The notes beneath the pieces are model-generated. The model saw only the letters and a list, made by a program, of their open reading frames with translations, was not told the origin of the DNA and ran no database searches. Shown piece after piece: positions 38,108 through 50,219 of a DNA stretch of 64,000 nucleotides (position 1 is its first letter; each line of letters opens with the position of its first letter). The stretch comes from Utricularia gibba. Its lineage: Eukaryota; Plantae; Magnoliophyta. The translations under genes and the position numbers were made by a program. Location: contig CM007989.1 of NCBI GenBank assembly GCA_002189035.1, positions 4,154,001-4,218,000 on the forward strand, written 5' to 3'.

Positions 38108-38736
38108 AGAATCCTAAGTGATGAATAAAATAATACTCGAGTTTGTTTTTAATTGTTTTTCCAATAAAAGTCCATTAAAAAAATTAATATGCATCTAGTA
38201 GACTGCTAAAACTCAATTAAAAAAAATCGAAATTTCGAAGAAAAATGTAAAAAATAATAAATTTATTTTAATTTAAAGCAAAAGTTGAATGTTAAATTTA
38301 AGAATATATAATTTATGAATTATAAATAATTTTAAATTTAAAAGAGTAATATATTTAAATGATATAATAATACAAATATATATGGTTTCTTTATTTAATA
38401 TTTTAAATAATTATATGAAATAGATATTATTTAGGTTTATATTAAAAATTAAGCATTTATGAATTTTTTATCATAAAAAATAAAAAAATATATAATTAAA
38501 AATTTATCATGCTAACAAATATTTTTTAATTAGACCTAAAAATTAAAAAAAAAAATAAATTTATTCCAAAAAATTTTGTTTCAATTCAAAAAAACGAAAT
38601 TTCATCTTAAAATATATCACTTCAAATTGGCTTAGTGGTTCGAATTTATTTAATAATTTATTACAGGAAAAAGGTCCCTGAAACCGGAGAAATACTTCAT
38701 GCCCCCGGAACCCTAGTCGTCGTTGTCATAACGACG

Positions 38737-39459
38737 ATGTCCTGGAGAATTTTTTCTCGGAAACTTCCCGTTGAATTTCTGCGCCGATCAAATGAAGTTT
38801 TCTTCTCCGCTGCAGGCTCGCCGTCGTTGATCTCGAGGCATCACTCACTCACCGGACCCCTCGCGCGAAGCTACAACAAATTCCCGGAGACCCGTCTTTC
38901 GGGATCCTTTCGATTTTCAGTTTTTACCCCTCATCAAGCAAGGTTTTTGTCAGTATCTGCTCCAAATCAGCCGCATGATAATGAAAAGGCAGGCCTTGAG
39001 CACCCTAGCCAGATTCCAGAATTCAAGCATCAAGAAATCACCGGACCTACGGTGGAGCGAGATCTATCGGCGCTAGCCGATGAAACCAGGCAAGTTCTGG
39101 AGACGCTGATGAAGACTATGTACAGCTTAAGCCATGTTTTTGCTGGTTTGGGGGTGTTGCATCTTGGGTTGGGGGCGTGGGTATCATTCACTTTGCACAA
39201 CTCGCCTCTTCACGAGGTGTCCATACAGAGTTTCGTCGCGGTCGGGCTCCCCCTTTCGATGGCTTTCATGCTACGCAGATCCGTGAAGCCGATGAGTTTC
39301 TTCAGGAAAATGGAGGAGCAGGGGAGGCTGCAGATTTTGACACTCACTCTTCAGGCTGCCAAGACTTTGAACACATTCTTCGTGCGGGTTCGTGGGGTTT
39401 CTTATTTGTGCATTGCTGGTGCCTCTGTTGGTTTGATTCTCGTTGCCATTAACAGATAG
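38737..39459 (+). CDS. Conserved-looking plant membrane protein of unknown function with a possible mitochondrial presequence, 240 aa, intronless
   Basis: Long GC-rich ORF; Arg/Ser-rich N-terminus; [15 protein letters not shown]...[10 protein letters not shown] segment; 2-3 hydrophobic helices. Confidence 0.75.
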   Translation: MSWRIFSRKLPVEFLRRSNEVFFSAAGSPSLISRHHSLTGPLARSYNKFPETRLSGSFRFSVFTPHQARFLSVSAPNQPHDNEKAGLEHPSQIPEFKHQEITGPTVERDLSALADETRQVLETLMKTMYSLSHVFAGLGVLHLGLGAWVSFTLHNSPLHEVSIQSFVAVGLPLSMAFMLRRSVKPMSFFRKMEEQGRLQILTLTLQAAKTLNTFFVRVRGVSYLCIAGASVGLILVAINR

Positions 39460-39968
39460 CTGATGATCAATCCTGATTCAGTTTGCCTTCTTCCATGTTA
39501 TCAACTGTAATAAGTCTGAATTGCAACGAACTTTTGTGGGTTCTGTTTCTGCTCTTCAATAGAATGATACTTTTGTTCCATCTCTGGAACTATGTCCCTA
39601 CTGGAAGGGCAATGGATGCAATCCTTTCATGTGATGAAAAGCTCCATCTCCCATCAGAATTGGAACATTTCACATACCCAATGAACCAATGGATCTACTT
39701 GACTCTTGAGGTAATTGCATAAATACATTCTTAGCAGTTCATATGTAAGAGAAAGCAGCATACCCGGAGAACAAAAGACTCTCCTTTCCAAGAAAAGGCA
39801 ACCCTCTGTGCACTGGCACCCAAGTCATTCGCTGATGAATCCAGCTGAATCATTTCACCCATCAGTAAGGAGTTGCCTGTTTGTTGCATATCCTGCCCAT
39901 TGAGAAGTACCATGTCTGGTGTATGATTTGTAAAGATTCATTCATGGCGAGAGAGATAACATGCATGA

Positions 39969-41254
39969 TTATGCAAAGATGTCTTCTGTCACACCGCGGC
40001 CATTCACCCACGGTTCAGGAGCACTACGAAACTGTTGATAGTTAAGCTGCCTCGAAGCTTCATAGACAGCAATCCCGACACTAACCGAGAGATTTAGACA
40101 TCTAACGTAAGTTTCGATCATGGGAATCCGTATGGAGCCTCCACCCAAAGTTTCACTCTTGCAATCAGCAAGAGCCTCCGGTGGTAAACCACATGTTTCT
40201 GAACCGAAGACCAGCCAATCACCAGCCCTGTAAGTAAATTCCTGGAGCAAAAAAAAAGAGAAGATCAAACAGTTGTTAGAGTTAGCTGAATTGAATCCTA
40301 TATATGGACTCACCGAGTGGACGGATGAACCCATCTTTGTAAATGCTAGAAGCCTCTTTTCCCCATCCTGTAATGTCAAGATCAAGAAAGCATCACAACC
40401 TAAGCAAGAGCACCATAACATTCTGATACCACGAGACAATGAAAAACCTGTTTCTTGAAGTAATCTCGGAATTCTGACCATGAGCCATGTACCTTCACTA
40501 CCACATATCTGATGCAACAAGTCAAGTTGCACTACACAAGAAGCCTCCTCAGTAACTTAAAAAGACAAACTTATCAAGAAGGATACGGCCAATAATCAAG
40601 CCCTGCCCGCTTTAACTTTGCATCATCGACCTGAAAGCCCAGTGGCTGCGAAGACAGAACATGAAGCAGCCGCTTACTTTGCGTACTTGGCTGATTGTGA
40701 TGACACGGAAATGCCCAAAATCTCGTTACCTCAACCAAGTGCAATTTGACTGACGATGCAGCACATGTCCGAGCAATGCATCCTGTATTCCCCGGAATCT
40801 GTCGAATCCCCAATTTGCCAATAGTTGAGACACATGAACAATCATGGTTAGCAAACAGCCGCGAAAGACGAAAAGTGAAGTACCTGCGGCGACACGAGGA
40901 CTACTTGGAGCAATTCACCGGTACGGGGACCTTCGTCAATCGCCCACTCGAACCCATTACCATGGGCATTTCTCACCGCTGCATATCGTCAGAAGAAAAT
41001 TCAACTCCCTAAAACAACCGTTGGCAATTACCGACGTCAGAAACTAGGCTATACTGAGTACCCGTACAGCGCAGCGAGGAGAAACTCGCCGATGAGCGTA
41101 TGCAAGCGCGTCGATGCAATGAACGAGGCTCGTTTTCAAATGAGAAGACACCGCAACGGCGGCGGAAGAGCCGCGGCGCCCTTGGGCAGAAGCCCACGAG
41201 GAGGGCGGCGGATGAGGAGACGGCGCTGAGAGATCTCAGGCCCGGTATCTCCAT
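39969..41254 (-). CDS. tRNA (cytidine/uridine-34-2'-O)-methyltransferase TrmL/SpoU family, probably organellar, multi-exon
   Basis: LQVVLVSPQ|[15 protein letters not shown]...[21 protein letters not shown]; [13 protein letters not shown]; IRIPM...[16 protein letters not shown] (SPOUT motifs). Confidence 0.9.
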
Positions 41255-41729
41255 TTTGTTCATAAACTGACAGAAACTAATGGGCCTCCTCCCAGATTTG
41301 TTTTATTTATTCCCAATTATCATACCACTATACCCCTGACCCGACCCGACCCATCTCGGCCTCATCCAGTGGAGGCTCAAGTTCAGGAAGCAGGTTGTCG
41401 TTTCTGAGCACACCTCAGGATGCAACTACAGTGCGGTGGGTGTTTTCAAGGCTACCAAAAGATGCCATTAAACCACCTTGCTTTTCATCCATTGAAATTC
41501 AGAGAGATTCAAAGAAGAAAGCTTTTCTCCATTTATCAGACAAATGAAAAAATATACGGGTAAAAAATAACTATAAAACAAACCTAAGTAGACAGATCAG
41601 TCCATGGAGCTGAGGGAGTGTGCTTCTGTGCTTGCTTTCATCACATCAGACAAGCATCTGCTACCGCAGCACCTACTGAGACAAAACGCCTTGCCCTATT
41701 TCTCACCTGATGACTTACACCTATCTTCT

Positions 41730-43732
41730 TCATGTGGGGCTGTAACGCAAATGCTTCTCATAGAAATCTATTAGCTGCAACAACAAATGAGTGCCACCAT
41801 TCAACGGTTTTCGGGTTGTTTCGCATGCATCATCATACTACAGTTAAGCACTTACCAAAAGTGGATCGTGTGATTTCAAGAACTTGTTGTCAACTGTGAC
41901 CTTCGTGCCGTCAGACCTGAAGGTATTATTGTTAAACAGTGAAACAGGCGTTTATACTGCAGTTAACTAGAACAAACAAACAAACAAACCAAACATGATG
42001 TGGTTCAAGAAATCAAGATAGTGAGCAAAATGCAGCACTGTCAAGAAGACGGAAAAACATCAGACTACAAAGGTCTGTTGTCTGATGTTTTCATCTGCAA
42101 AAGACAGAATCGCCATAACGTATACTCATTACATGTAACAAGGGAGCCATCACTCATGGAATGCCAGTTTCAGGGATTCACTAAACCTCTTATCAAGGAA
42201 TAATGCTAAAGAGACACTGATGTTAAATGAAACATGGCCAATTTCTAGAGTATTTTCAAAAAAAAAAAGCACGTTCGAGTATATGATAACAAACCTCAAA
42301 GCCTCGAAGGCTACTATAACATCTTGGACGTTATTGGAGATGGACGCTTTGTAGCTGATAGGCTTGATGATTTGGACTATTGTAAATAGGCTTCTAGAGT
42401 CCTCTTGCTTGTTTATACAGGTTCCGGTGAACTCCTGATGTTGAACATCTACAGGAATGGTATCCGTACATTCTGCTCCATTAGCAGTATCATTAGCCGA
42501 ACATGACTTCGAATCCTTTTTGAACCTCTTGACAAAACCAGACTTCCTCCTTTTTGCCCCAGTACAACGTCCTGATGATGCGGAGTCTCCTCCACATGGC
42601 TTCTGAACTCTGTCAGACACGGCATCCCCTAAAACCGGAATAGTTTCATCATTGGTTGGCACCGATGCCATCAGCTCCAGCACCTTTTTTTCTTCACTAT
42701 TCTCAGCTTCTTCCTTGAAGGCATCATCACCAGCACATAAACCACTGACCCCGGCATCGCCACTCTTATTTCCATAGCCTACGCCATTTGTTCCGGGGCA
42801 CGAAGTAGGTTCCTCAGCAATTCTTATCACGTGTGAGGGTGCATCACATCTGGCAGTCCCAGAAGATTGCTGATGAACCTGATGCATTCTTTTCTTCGGT
42901 TGAACTGGAGTTACACTGGCTTTCCGCTTTCTTTTGCGTGTTGAACGGCTTTTTCCAACTTTCAAGCTTCAGTGCAATAAAGCAACAAGAATCCAAAACC
43001 AGAAACAAAAAAAACATGAGTCCAGCTGTTTACAGTCTCATACTGATAAACCATCTTTCGTGATACGAGTAAATGACCACACAAGGAAATTAAGATAAAA
43101 AATAAAAGACCTTTCTTCAAACGCATCAACGACATCGGAACACTGCATAAGGTTCTCCACCGGCTCCCACGTATTCGCAGCCTCCGACCACCCTCGCCTT
43201 TCCATGTGAACAAAGCCATGAAAACCCATATCCGTCTCTCGGAAAAAAAATTAACAACAAAGTGGATGAATCGTAGATCACTCACCATTTAATGAGATAT
43301 TGAACTTGGCCCTGTTTTTCATCATTTGCAGATTCCCCAGATAATGCCCACATCGGATTAATGGTAGATTAAAAGTCGAAAGAAAAGCCTAATAATTGAA
43401 GAGAACTAGAAACGGGGTACGCAACTCCTCACCTTCCGAACGCGCTTCCTTCGAACCGCCTCAATCTCGTAGTACCCATCGGCGAGTTTCACCTTTTCAC
43501 CCTCGGCGGCGTCATCCTCCGCGTTTTCGAGCCGGTCATCATCTGAATCCTCCTCTTCTCCGTCTTCCTCTTCGGCGGCGTCGTCCGGGAGTTCCAATTT
43601 CTCGTCCTGGTCGGCAATTGTCATCCCGAGGGCAGATGAGTCAACGAGGCGAAGTGGGTCGCTGTGCAAAATCGGGTATGCTGAAAGCTGCTGGCAGTCG
43701 TCTTCTGTGCTCCTCTTTTTCCCTCCCTTCAT
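41730..43732 (-). CDS. LHP1: LIKE HETEROCHROMATIN PROTEIN 1 (chromodomain plus chromo-shadow domain), multi-exon
   Basis: Acidic N-terminus; chromodomain [18 protein letters not shown]...[17 protein letters not shown]; hinge [16 protein letters not shown]; shadow domain [10 protein letters not shown]...[11 protein letters not shown]. Confidence 0.93.
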
Positions 43733-44041
43733 TCTCTTTCCAGATTCGCGCGGAAGAGTCCACATCGGCGGTCAAGGCAGCCACACATCTCCGCGGCTGG
43801 AGCTGAGGTTGAGGAGAGAGGTTCGTTTTGAGTCTCCGCTCCAAATTCTCAGGTGATGGGCCCCGCAGAGTCTCGTGTACACTTAAACGACGATGAGGCT
43901 GATTAAGTAAATAAATCAGGCCTCTAGTTCCCTTTATACGTTTTTTATGTAGTGGAGATTCATGATGGGTGGAGCTCCACGATCGTCATCGGGTTGGCCG
44001 GGGTCCAGGCGTCCGCCATTTTGGGTCCTGTGGGAACAGAC

Positions 44042-44639
44042 TAGACCTAGGCATGGGTACGGGTCAACTCGGGTTAGCCGCGAGTCGACCTGTATAGAAT
44101 GGGTACAAGTTATTCGTACTCGTGAAAAACAAATACGAGTTAAAGTCGTTGGTTTTCAATTCGACGAGTTATTCGGATAACTCGTGAAAAAATGAATGAT
44201 TTATACTCCATATTATTCATTTATTAATTTAGTTTTTTATATATTTTTTATTTAATATTAATAATTTGATACTAATTAATTTTACTTATATTATATAATG
44301 CTAGTCTTAAATATCATAAAAAATGAAGAAAAACTTTATTATATTTTTTGAAATTGAATATTTAATGATTAAATAGATCATATACAAATAAAAACATTAA
44401 TATATAACAAAACAGTAACTGAAAAATAGAATAATTATTTAAAAAAATAAGATAAAATGCGAGTTGAAGAGTCCATACTCGAGGCAACTCGACGAGTCGA
44501 TGGGTAACGAGTTAACTCGAGTACGATACGAGTTGGGGATCAAAACCCATCAACTCGTCGACTCGTGAACTCGTAATAGAGCCATGACTCGACGAGTTTG
44601 ACTCATTATTCGGCAAGTCGCGATCCATGCCCAGGTCTA
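44042..44639. mobile_element. Non-autonomous hAT element (MITE), 598 bp
   Basis: 8-bp TSD GAACAGAC (44034-44041, 44640-44647); TIRs TAGACCTAGGCATGG / TAGACCTGGGCATGG; ACTCG/CGAGT subterminal repeats; AT-rich core. Confidence 0.9.
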
Positions 44640-47600
44640 GAACAGACCCACCAGAAGCAGAGACAGATAGATATAAGTCATCAACTTGTTGGGAGCTTAG
44701 CAAGCTCTTTTTGGAGAAGATGATGCATGGCATAAGTCCAACACTATCGAAGGTAGCATCCCACAAACCCTCAAAAGTGGAATGAAACTTCAGTTTTACG
44801 AAATTCTACCTTCAACTTGAGAAAACATGGAGCTTTCCTCTCTGCGAGTTCGGGTGTATAAAAGCCTGTTGCAGAAGGTGGTAATGTATGAGCTATAAAG
44901 AAGACACGAATATCTTCAAAGGCGACAACAAGCAAGCATAGTTGTATCAGCTATAAGGCAATCAGCCTATGCTTCCCAATGCAATCAAACCAGCTATGGA
45001 GAATTGCTAAGATTAGCCTTTTCATAATAGATCAAGCAAAACTATACAACTTCGGGATCCATTTTCTAAGAGACTTGGCATGCCAACACTACAGCAGCAG
45101 CTTCTTGTTCAAAGCCAGACACTAGGTTCTGCATACATACCACAAATTTACAACTAAGAAAATTTTTTAGACAAGATGATAGAACAGAAGACACAACTTC
45201 AAGCTTACATCTTTAATTGAAATACTGGCAACCAATCTCCAAGAGGGAGTTGTGGCGTAGAGTTTGGTTGTCCCTAATAACTGAAGAACTTCCAGAAGAA
45301 GATTTTCTCAGGATAAATCAAACTGGCAGTTCATAAATATCAAATAACCATTAGCAATGCCTATAAGGTAAGAAATAAGAAAAAGAGCTGGTAGTTAGAT
45401 GATAGAGCTAATCCAGACTAAATTCTTGGCAATACCAAATATTACACATGAGAAAGTAGATTTCCCAAAACCACACAATGTTCATGATATAGTGTTCCTT
45501 TGGTCAATAACAGTTTCCACGCATGATGGACCTTTCTTATCATGGTTAGTATTATTAAAGATTAACCAACTGAAGCCTTGCCATAAATAAACCTTCTATT
45601 TAAAAAACATCCACACCTTGTCAAGAATTTTAAGACCACTGACCACTGTACGATGTATATGGGGTTAGCTCATTATCTGCAAAGCAAGCAAACCATACAC
45701 AATAACTGAGATTTCAGCAATCAGGAATTTCAAGGCAACAAAGGATTTCCACAAGTTTTCTGAGTAGGTTGCACATTAAGTAGGGCTTTAAGCAATATGA
45801 TGAGCTCTAATTCAATCCTGGGTAAAAAAACAATGAAGAAAAACTAATGCAGACCTTACTATGAATCCAATCATGAAGAAAATGAACAATGCATGTTTTT
45901 AGGAATCCTTGAAAACAGAATGGCCAAAACATTCTACAAGAACAAGTCTTCAAGTTTTCTTGATGGCAATTTTAAGCTCAGCAACCCCAACCTAGAAACT
46001 AAATGCATGAAAATATATTGTCGCATCATTCTCAAATTAAAAAGCATTTAACAAGCCAAAAATCATGTCCAAGGAAAGCATAGACGTGATGCTCTAAAGT
46101 AAAAGATGCTTCCACAAAAACATCCGAAGTGATCTGGTAAATGGGATTATCATAAGGTTTGTTGATGTTAGCAAATTCAAACACAATATTCCTAATTATA
46201 ATACAAATTTCAATATCCACCCAAGTTAAACGAAAAAATACAAAGAAACACCCTATGCCATATTGAAATAATTCGGATTCTACAAGAAGATGCAACTTCG
46301 GGTTAATACAGAACAATGCCGACAACTAAGGAAAGTTATTTTCATGTGGAATAGCAATTAACAGAATCCTTTTCAAGGTCCTTGTGGAAATATGGGCCCT
46401 TATAGACTTGTTGATGCACTTTAAAGTACGTTTAATTCATTCAAATAAGGTGCCACGTTACTAATGGAAATTTCACAACATATACAAATAGAAACAGGCA
46501 TTTTATTAAAGCCTATGAGAATGCAAAAAAGTGAGTCAAACGCTATGTGCCTCCAAGACAAGTCACAAATGTAAAGAAGAAAGAACTCAGGAAACACATC
46601 ATATTGAATCTAAGAAGTTATATCATCTCGACATAAATGAGCCTTGGGAAAAAAATATTTTTAAATGATGGGCACAAAAGTGTGAATGTGCTTTATTTGA
46701 AACAAACCACAATAAAAATTTGTAAAGGTTTTTGTCCGAGAAAAAAAAATGTTTGCAAATACTAAAGAGTTTAAAATTCAGTATTTATAAAAAAGAAAAT
46801 TTACTTTATAAAGAAATTTCCTTATCCTTCTGTTGAGGTCAATCCTAAAAACGCCATAATGCTAGCCATAAGCTAGCACACAAACTCCTAGCCAATGAGC
46901 AATCAGATTCAATGAAGAACCAGTACATCTTGCAACACGTTGATCAGCTGAGATTGTCCAATGATCAATCTCTAAATCCTCATAGATATTCCAATCAAAA
47001 TAAAAAGGCAAAAATAAACTTCCTACTCTAAAAGTCTCATAACTATAAGCCAAAAATTGCAAGTTGAATAAATAAGGTAGAACTTTATAATTCTACCAAG
47101 AAGCGGAAGTTTATCATAAAGTAACATTTCTAACGAATAAAGAGCGAGATCTCAATCAGATGCAGGCAACAGGAACCTGGACATGTTCTCATGAAACTCC
47201 ATCTCTAGCTCCACCAATAACACCTGCCGCTGCTCGAAGTCTCTTTGCAAAGAAACCTATCTGCTCCAACAATGTCTTTTGTAACCATCGTTGTCTCCTT
47301 CAAAACATGAACCTTGATTTGCCCAAATCCTAGCTCATGAATGTGTGCATGTATCCCAAAGGTGATCAATCCAATTAAAACAGTTTTCAAGAACATTTCT
47401 TAGGATCCCAGTCCAGAAATATAATCCATCAAAAGATTCCAATTCTGAAGGAATTAAATAAGAATCAACGACCAACAAAGTACAAAGAAAAACATCTAAG
47501 AGAACCTAACTTTATCATCGAAGACAAAACTACAGAGTCAATCTATAAAATATACAATACTCTAAGTTCAATGTGAAATGGAATAGCCAATCGTTTTCCC

Positions 47601-48967
47601 TTTCGTAGAAAAAACGAACTGTGCTCAGCCGTTCCACGATAGCTACAGAAAAAAGAAAAGGGAATATTCAAACGCGGGAAAAGAAAGAGTTCTAACGTAT
47701 GATCAATGAAATCCTCAATGCCCAACAACGTACATTTCATAAACATGCATCAAAACATGGGTCGGTAAGTATGACATAAAATTTGTGAAATACATTATTT
47801 TACGTTTTTAGTTTGTAAAATATATATTACACACACTATTTTTATTTGCAGAATGTGATTAACAGGTATAAATGCATGGACAATTAGATAGAATCATATG
47901 GATGACTTAGTTAAGAACACGCATTATTTTTATGATAGATGATTGAATATCAAATCTTAGATTCATTTCCCTTTGATTAAATGATCTTGAAATTCTCCAT
48001 TTCCTCACATGTAATCTCTACTTTGAATTCAATTTTCATGAAAAAAGTTATTGCACATAATCACCATATTGAAGATTTCCGTCCATGTATTCTCCAGTGA
48101 AAATATTCTAAAAGATCAATTCTCCAAATTTGTAATATGATGTGAGGGCATAAAGGTGTTTCTAGTGAAATTTACAATTTTATTGGAATGGTTTATCGAG
48201 ATTTTATAATATGAGATAAATATAATTGTAGATTTTCGTGTTATTCATATGAAAGTCAAGTTTTACAATGTCAACATTCATGACTTCAACTTCTTCCCAA
48301 TTTCGGATGAATCCGAGATGCATAAGATTGATAAAATATTCATTTTAAATAAATGAAAAGATTGATAAAATTTGTGAAATATATCACTAAGTATTTATTG
48401 TTTACAAAAATTCAAGAAGAAGTAGATGTTTTAAAACCGTCTAAAATATGGTTCGATGATTGATCCAATTTTTAAAACATTGGTTTTGAGTCGAACGTAC
48501 AATTCAACTCCAATGGATACAAAATATTATTTTATATAGATTTGAAATAAAATAAAAATTAAAAAAATATAAATGCGTGAAAATGTATTTTCCTGAACTT
48601 CTCTAAAAAAATGTATTTTACAAACGTAAAATGGTGACCCACCAAACCATAATTCACATTTATCCCCTATTTCTTATTTTATTTTAATTCATTTGTGCCT
48701 GTGCCTGTGGCAGATGAGTATGATGGTCAGATGCTTCGTGTGGGCTTTAGGAGCAAAGAAGCCCACCAAGGCCCATCGATCAATCCAAGGTCGGCTTCGT
48801 CATTTTAAATTTTCAAATCATTTATATTTTAAATTTTAGAAATAGAAATAATTTTTTAAAAGTAATTCCTTCTAAAGTTTTGTATTTAATAAAAAAAATA
48901 ATTTTACGATTATATTGTTTTTACCAAGGGGTTTTTTTTAATTGGAAGAAAGAGGTACCGCTGGTGC

Positions 48968-49899
48968 CTATGCCTTTGCATTTCTAAACATTATCTTGTT
49001 CACCTGATCGACGCCGATGTCTGATATCGGCCGAATGGGCTGGTCGTCGTCGTCCTCTGTGGAAATGATGGCACTAAAGGGTTCTGGTTCCCTACTGAAC
49101 TCATCTACAAGATAGGACGACACATCAGGACAATTTCAGTAAAATGGCAGGGTGAGTAATTGCTCAGTGCCGATCACCTACCAAACATGGTGTTCAAGGA
49201 AGTGGGAGGAGGAGTTGCCATGAAGTTGATGCCGATGTAGAAGACAATACCCACTGCAACTGAAACCATCAAATAAGTAGGTACGACCAGTGCCCAGTGC
49301 CTGATATGGATCACAATTTGCGGCATCAAGGATTATGTAAGAGTTTGTGGATGTAAACGTTGTATCTGACCTGCTTGGGTAGTAGTAGATCCCCACAGAA
49401 TGTAACCATTCATCTGGGATATATGCCCATATGAGGAAAATGGCTGTTGGATAAGCAAAAAAGGCTTAGACATGTAGATCAGAGATGTTGTAACAAATTA
49501 ATCTGTTCTGATAACCCAATTTGGAACTGCGAGTACAGTTTCCAAACCCAACAGACCGACAAATCCCCATGTTCAATCCTGATGTGAACTCTAATCCTCT
49601 AACGCAGCATCAAATGGCAACAATTCAATAGTCTTCACGGAGATTCAGATGGATGCTCAACATCATGTAACCAAGTGGGAATCTAATGAGTCAATTGGAA
49701 CCAAACCTGTGAACACCACGGTGGTTATGGAGCCCACGAACCCATAAACCTCAGAAAGTTTGGGGCCATGCTCGCCGGAGACACCGAAACCTGCCGTATT
49801 TTTGTAGTCATCGACTTGAGAAAAACCGGGATTCGCCTTCCGATTCTTGGAGAAGCTCAGGATCCTTCGTGGGCTGTTAACAGAACAACGGTCTTCCAT
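48968..49899 (-). CDS. PIG-P: Phosphatidylinositol N-acetylglucosaminyltransferase subunit P, 4 exons
   Basis: SVNSPRRILS...GPKLSEVYGFVGSITT|...IWAYIPDEWLHSVGIYYYPSR|YWALAVPTYLMV...ATPPPTSLNTMF|DEFSREP...PIRPISDIGVDQVNKIMF. Confidence 0.9.
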
Positions 49900-50219
49900 A
49901 CTAGAAAAATTTCCTCCAGGTAGCGCTTCTGCTCGGGCATTTCGTCGAACAAATTGTGCGCGAGGCTGGCTGATACTAAACCGAAACGCAATGCGGTGTC
50001 GGAGCGCAATTACGAGGAATCAAGGGGCACCAGGGAAAATAAGAAGAAATCGTTAAAAAAAACCCTAAGGAAGCACAGATTTAAAAAATTAATCCAAGAC
50101 AAGAAAATCCAGAAAAACTGGATAAGAAGTTACAACTCGCATTCGGTCATGGGCTCATACCGGAAAATTTTACAACAGAAAAGAAGTAAATAGTTGATTG
50201 TTGCTCGGAAAAGTTGTGG

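Noticed and set aside
38635-38736. N-terminal extension of the 274-aa ORF from a GTG start
   Set aside because: AT-rich upstream sequence; the ATG at 38737 followed by a presequence-like region is the more plausible start.
48425-48481. Mini hAT-like element with TGTTTTAAAA / TTTTAAAACATTG ends
   Set aside because: No 8-bp TSD found; too short and AT-rich to support.
34417-49899. GPI-themed cluster (PYURF-like gene, GPI-anchored AG-peptide, PIG-P)
   Set aside because: The mammalian link is PYURF with PIGY on one transcript, not PIG-P. Here the genes are kilobases apart, on different strands and separated by unrelated genes, so co-location is likely chance.
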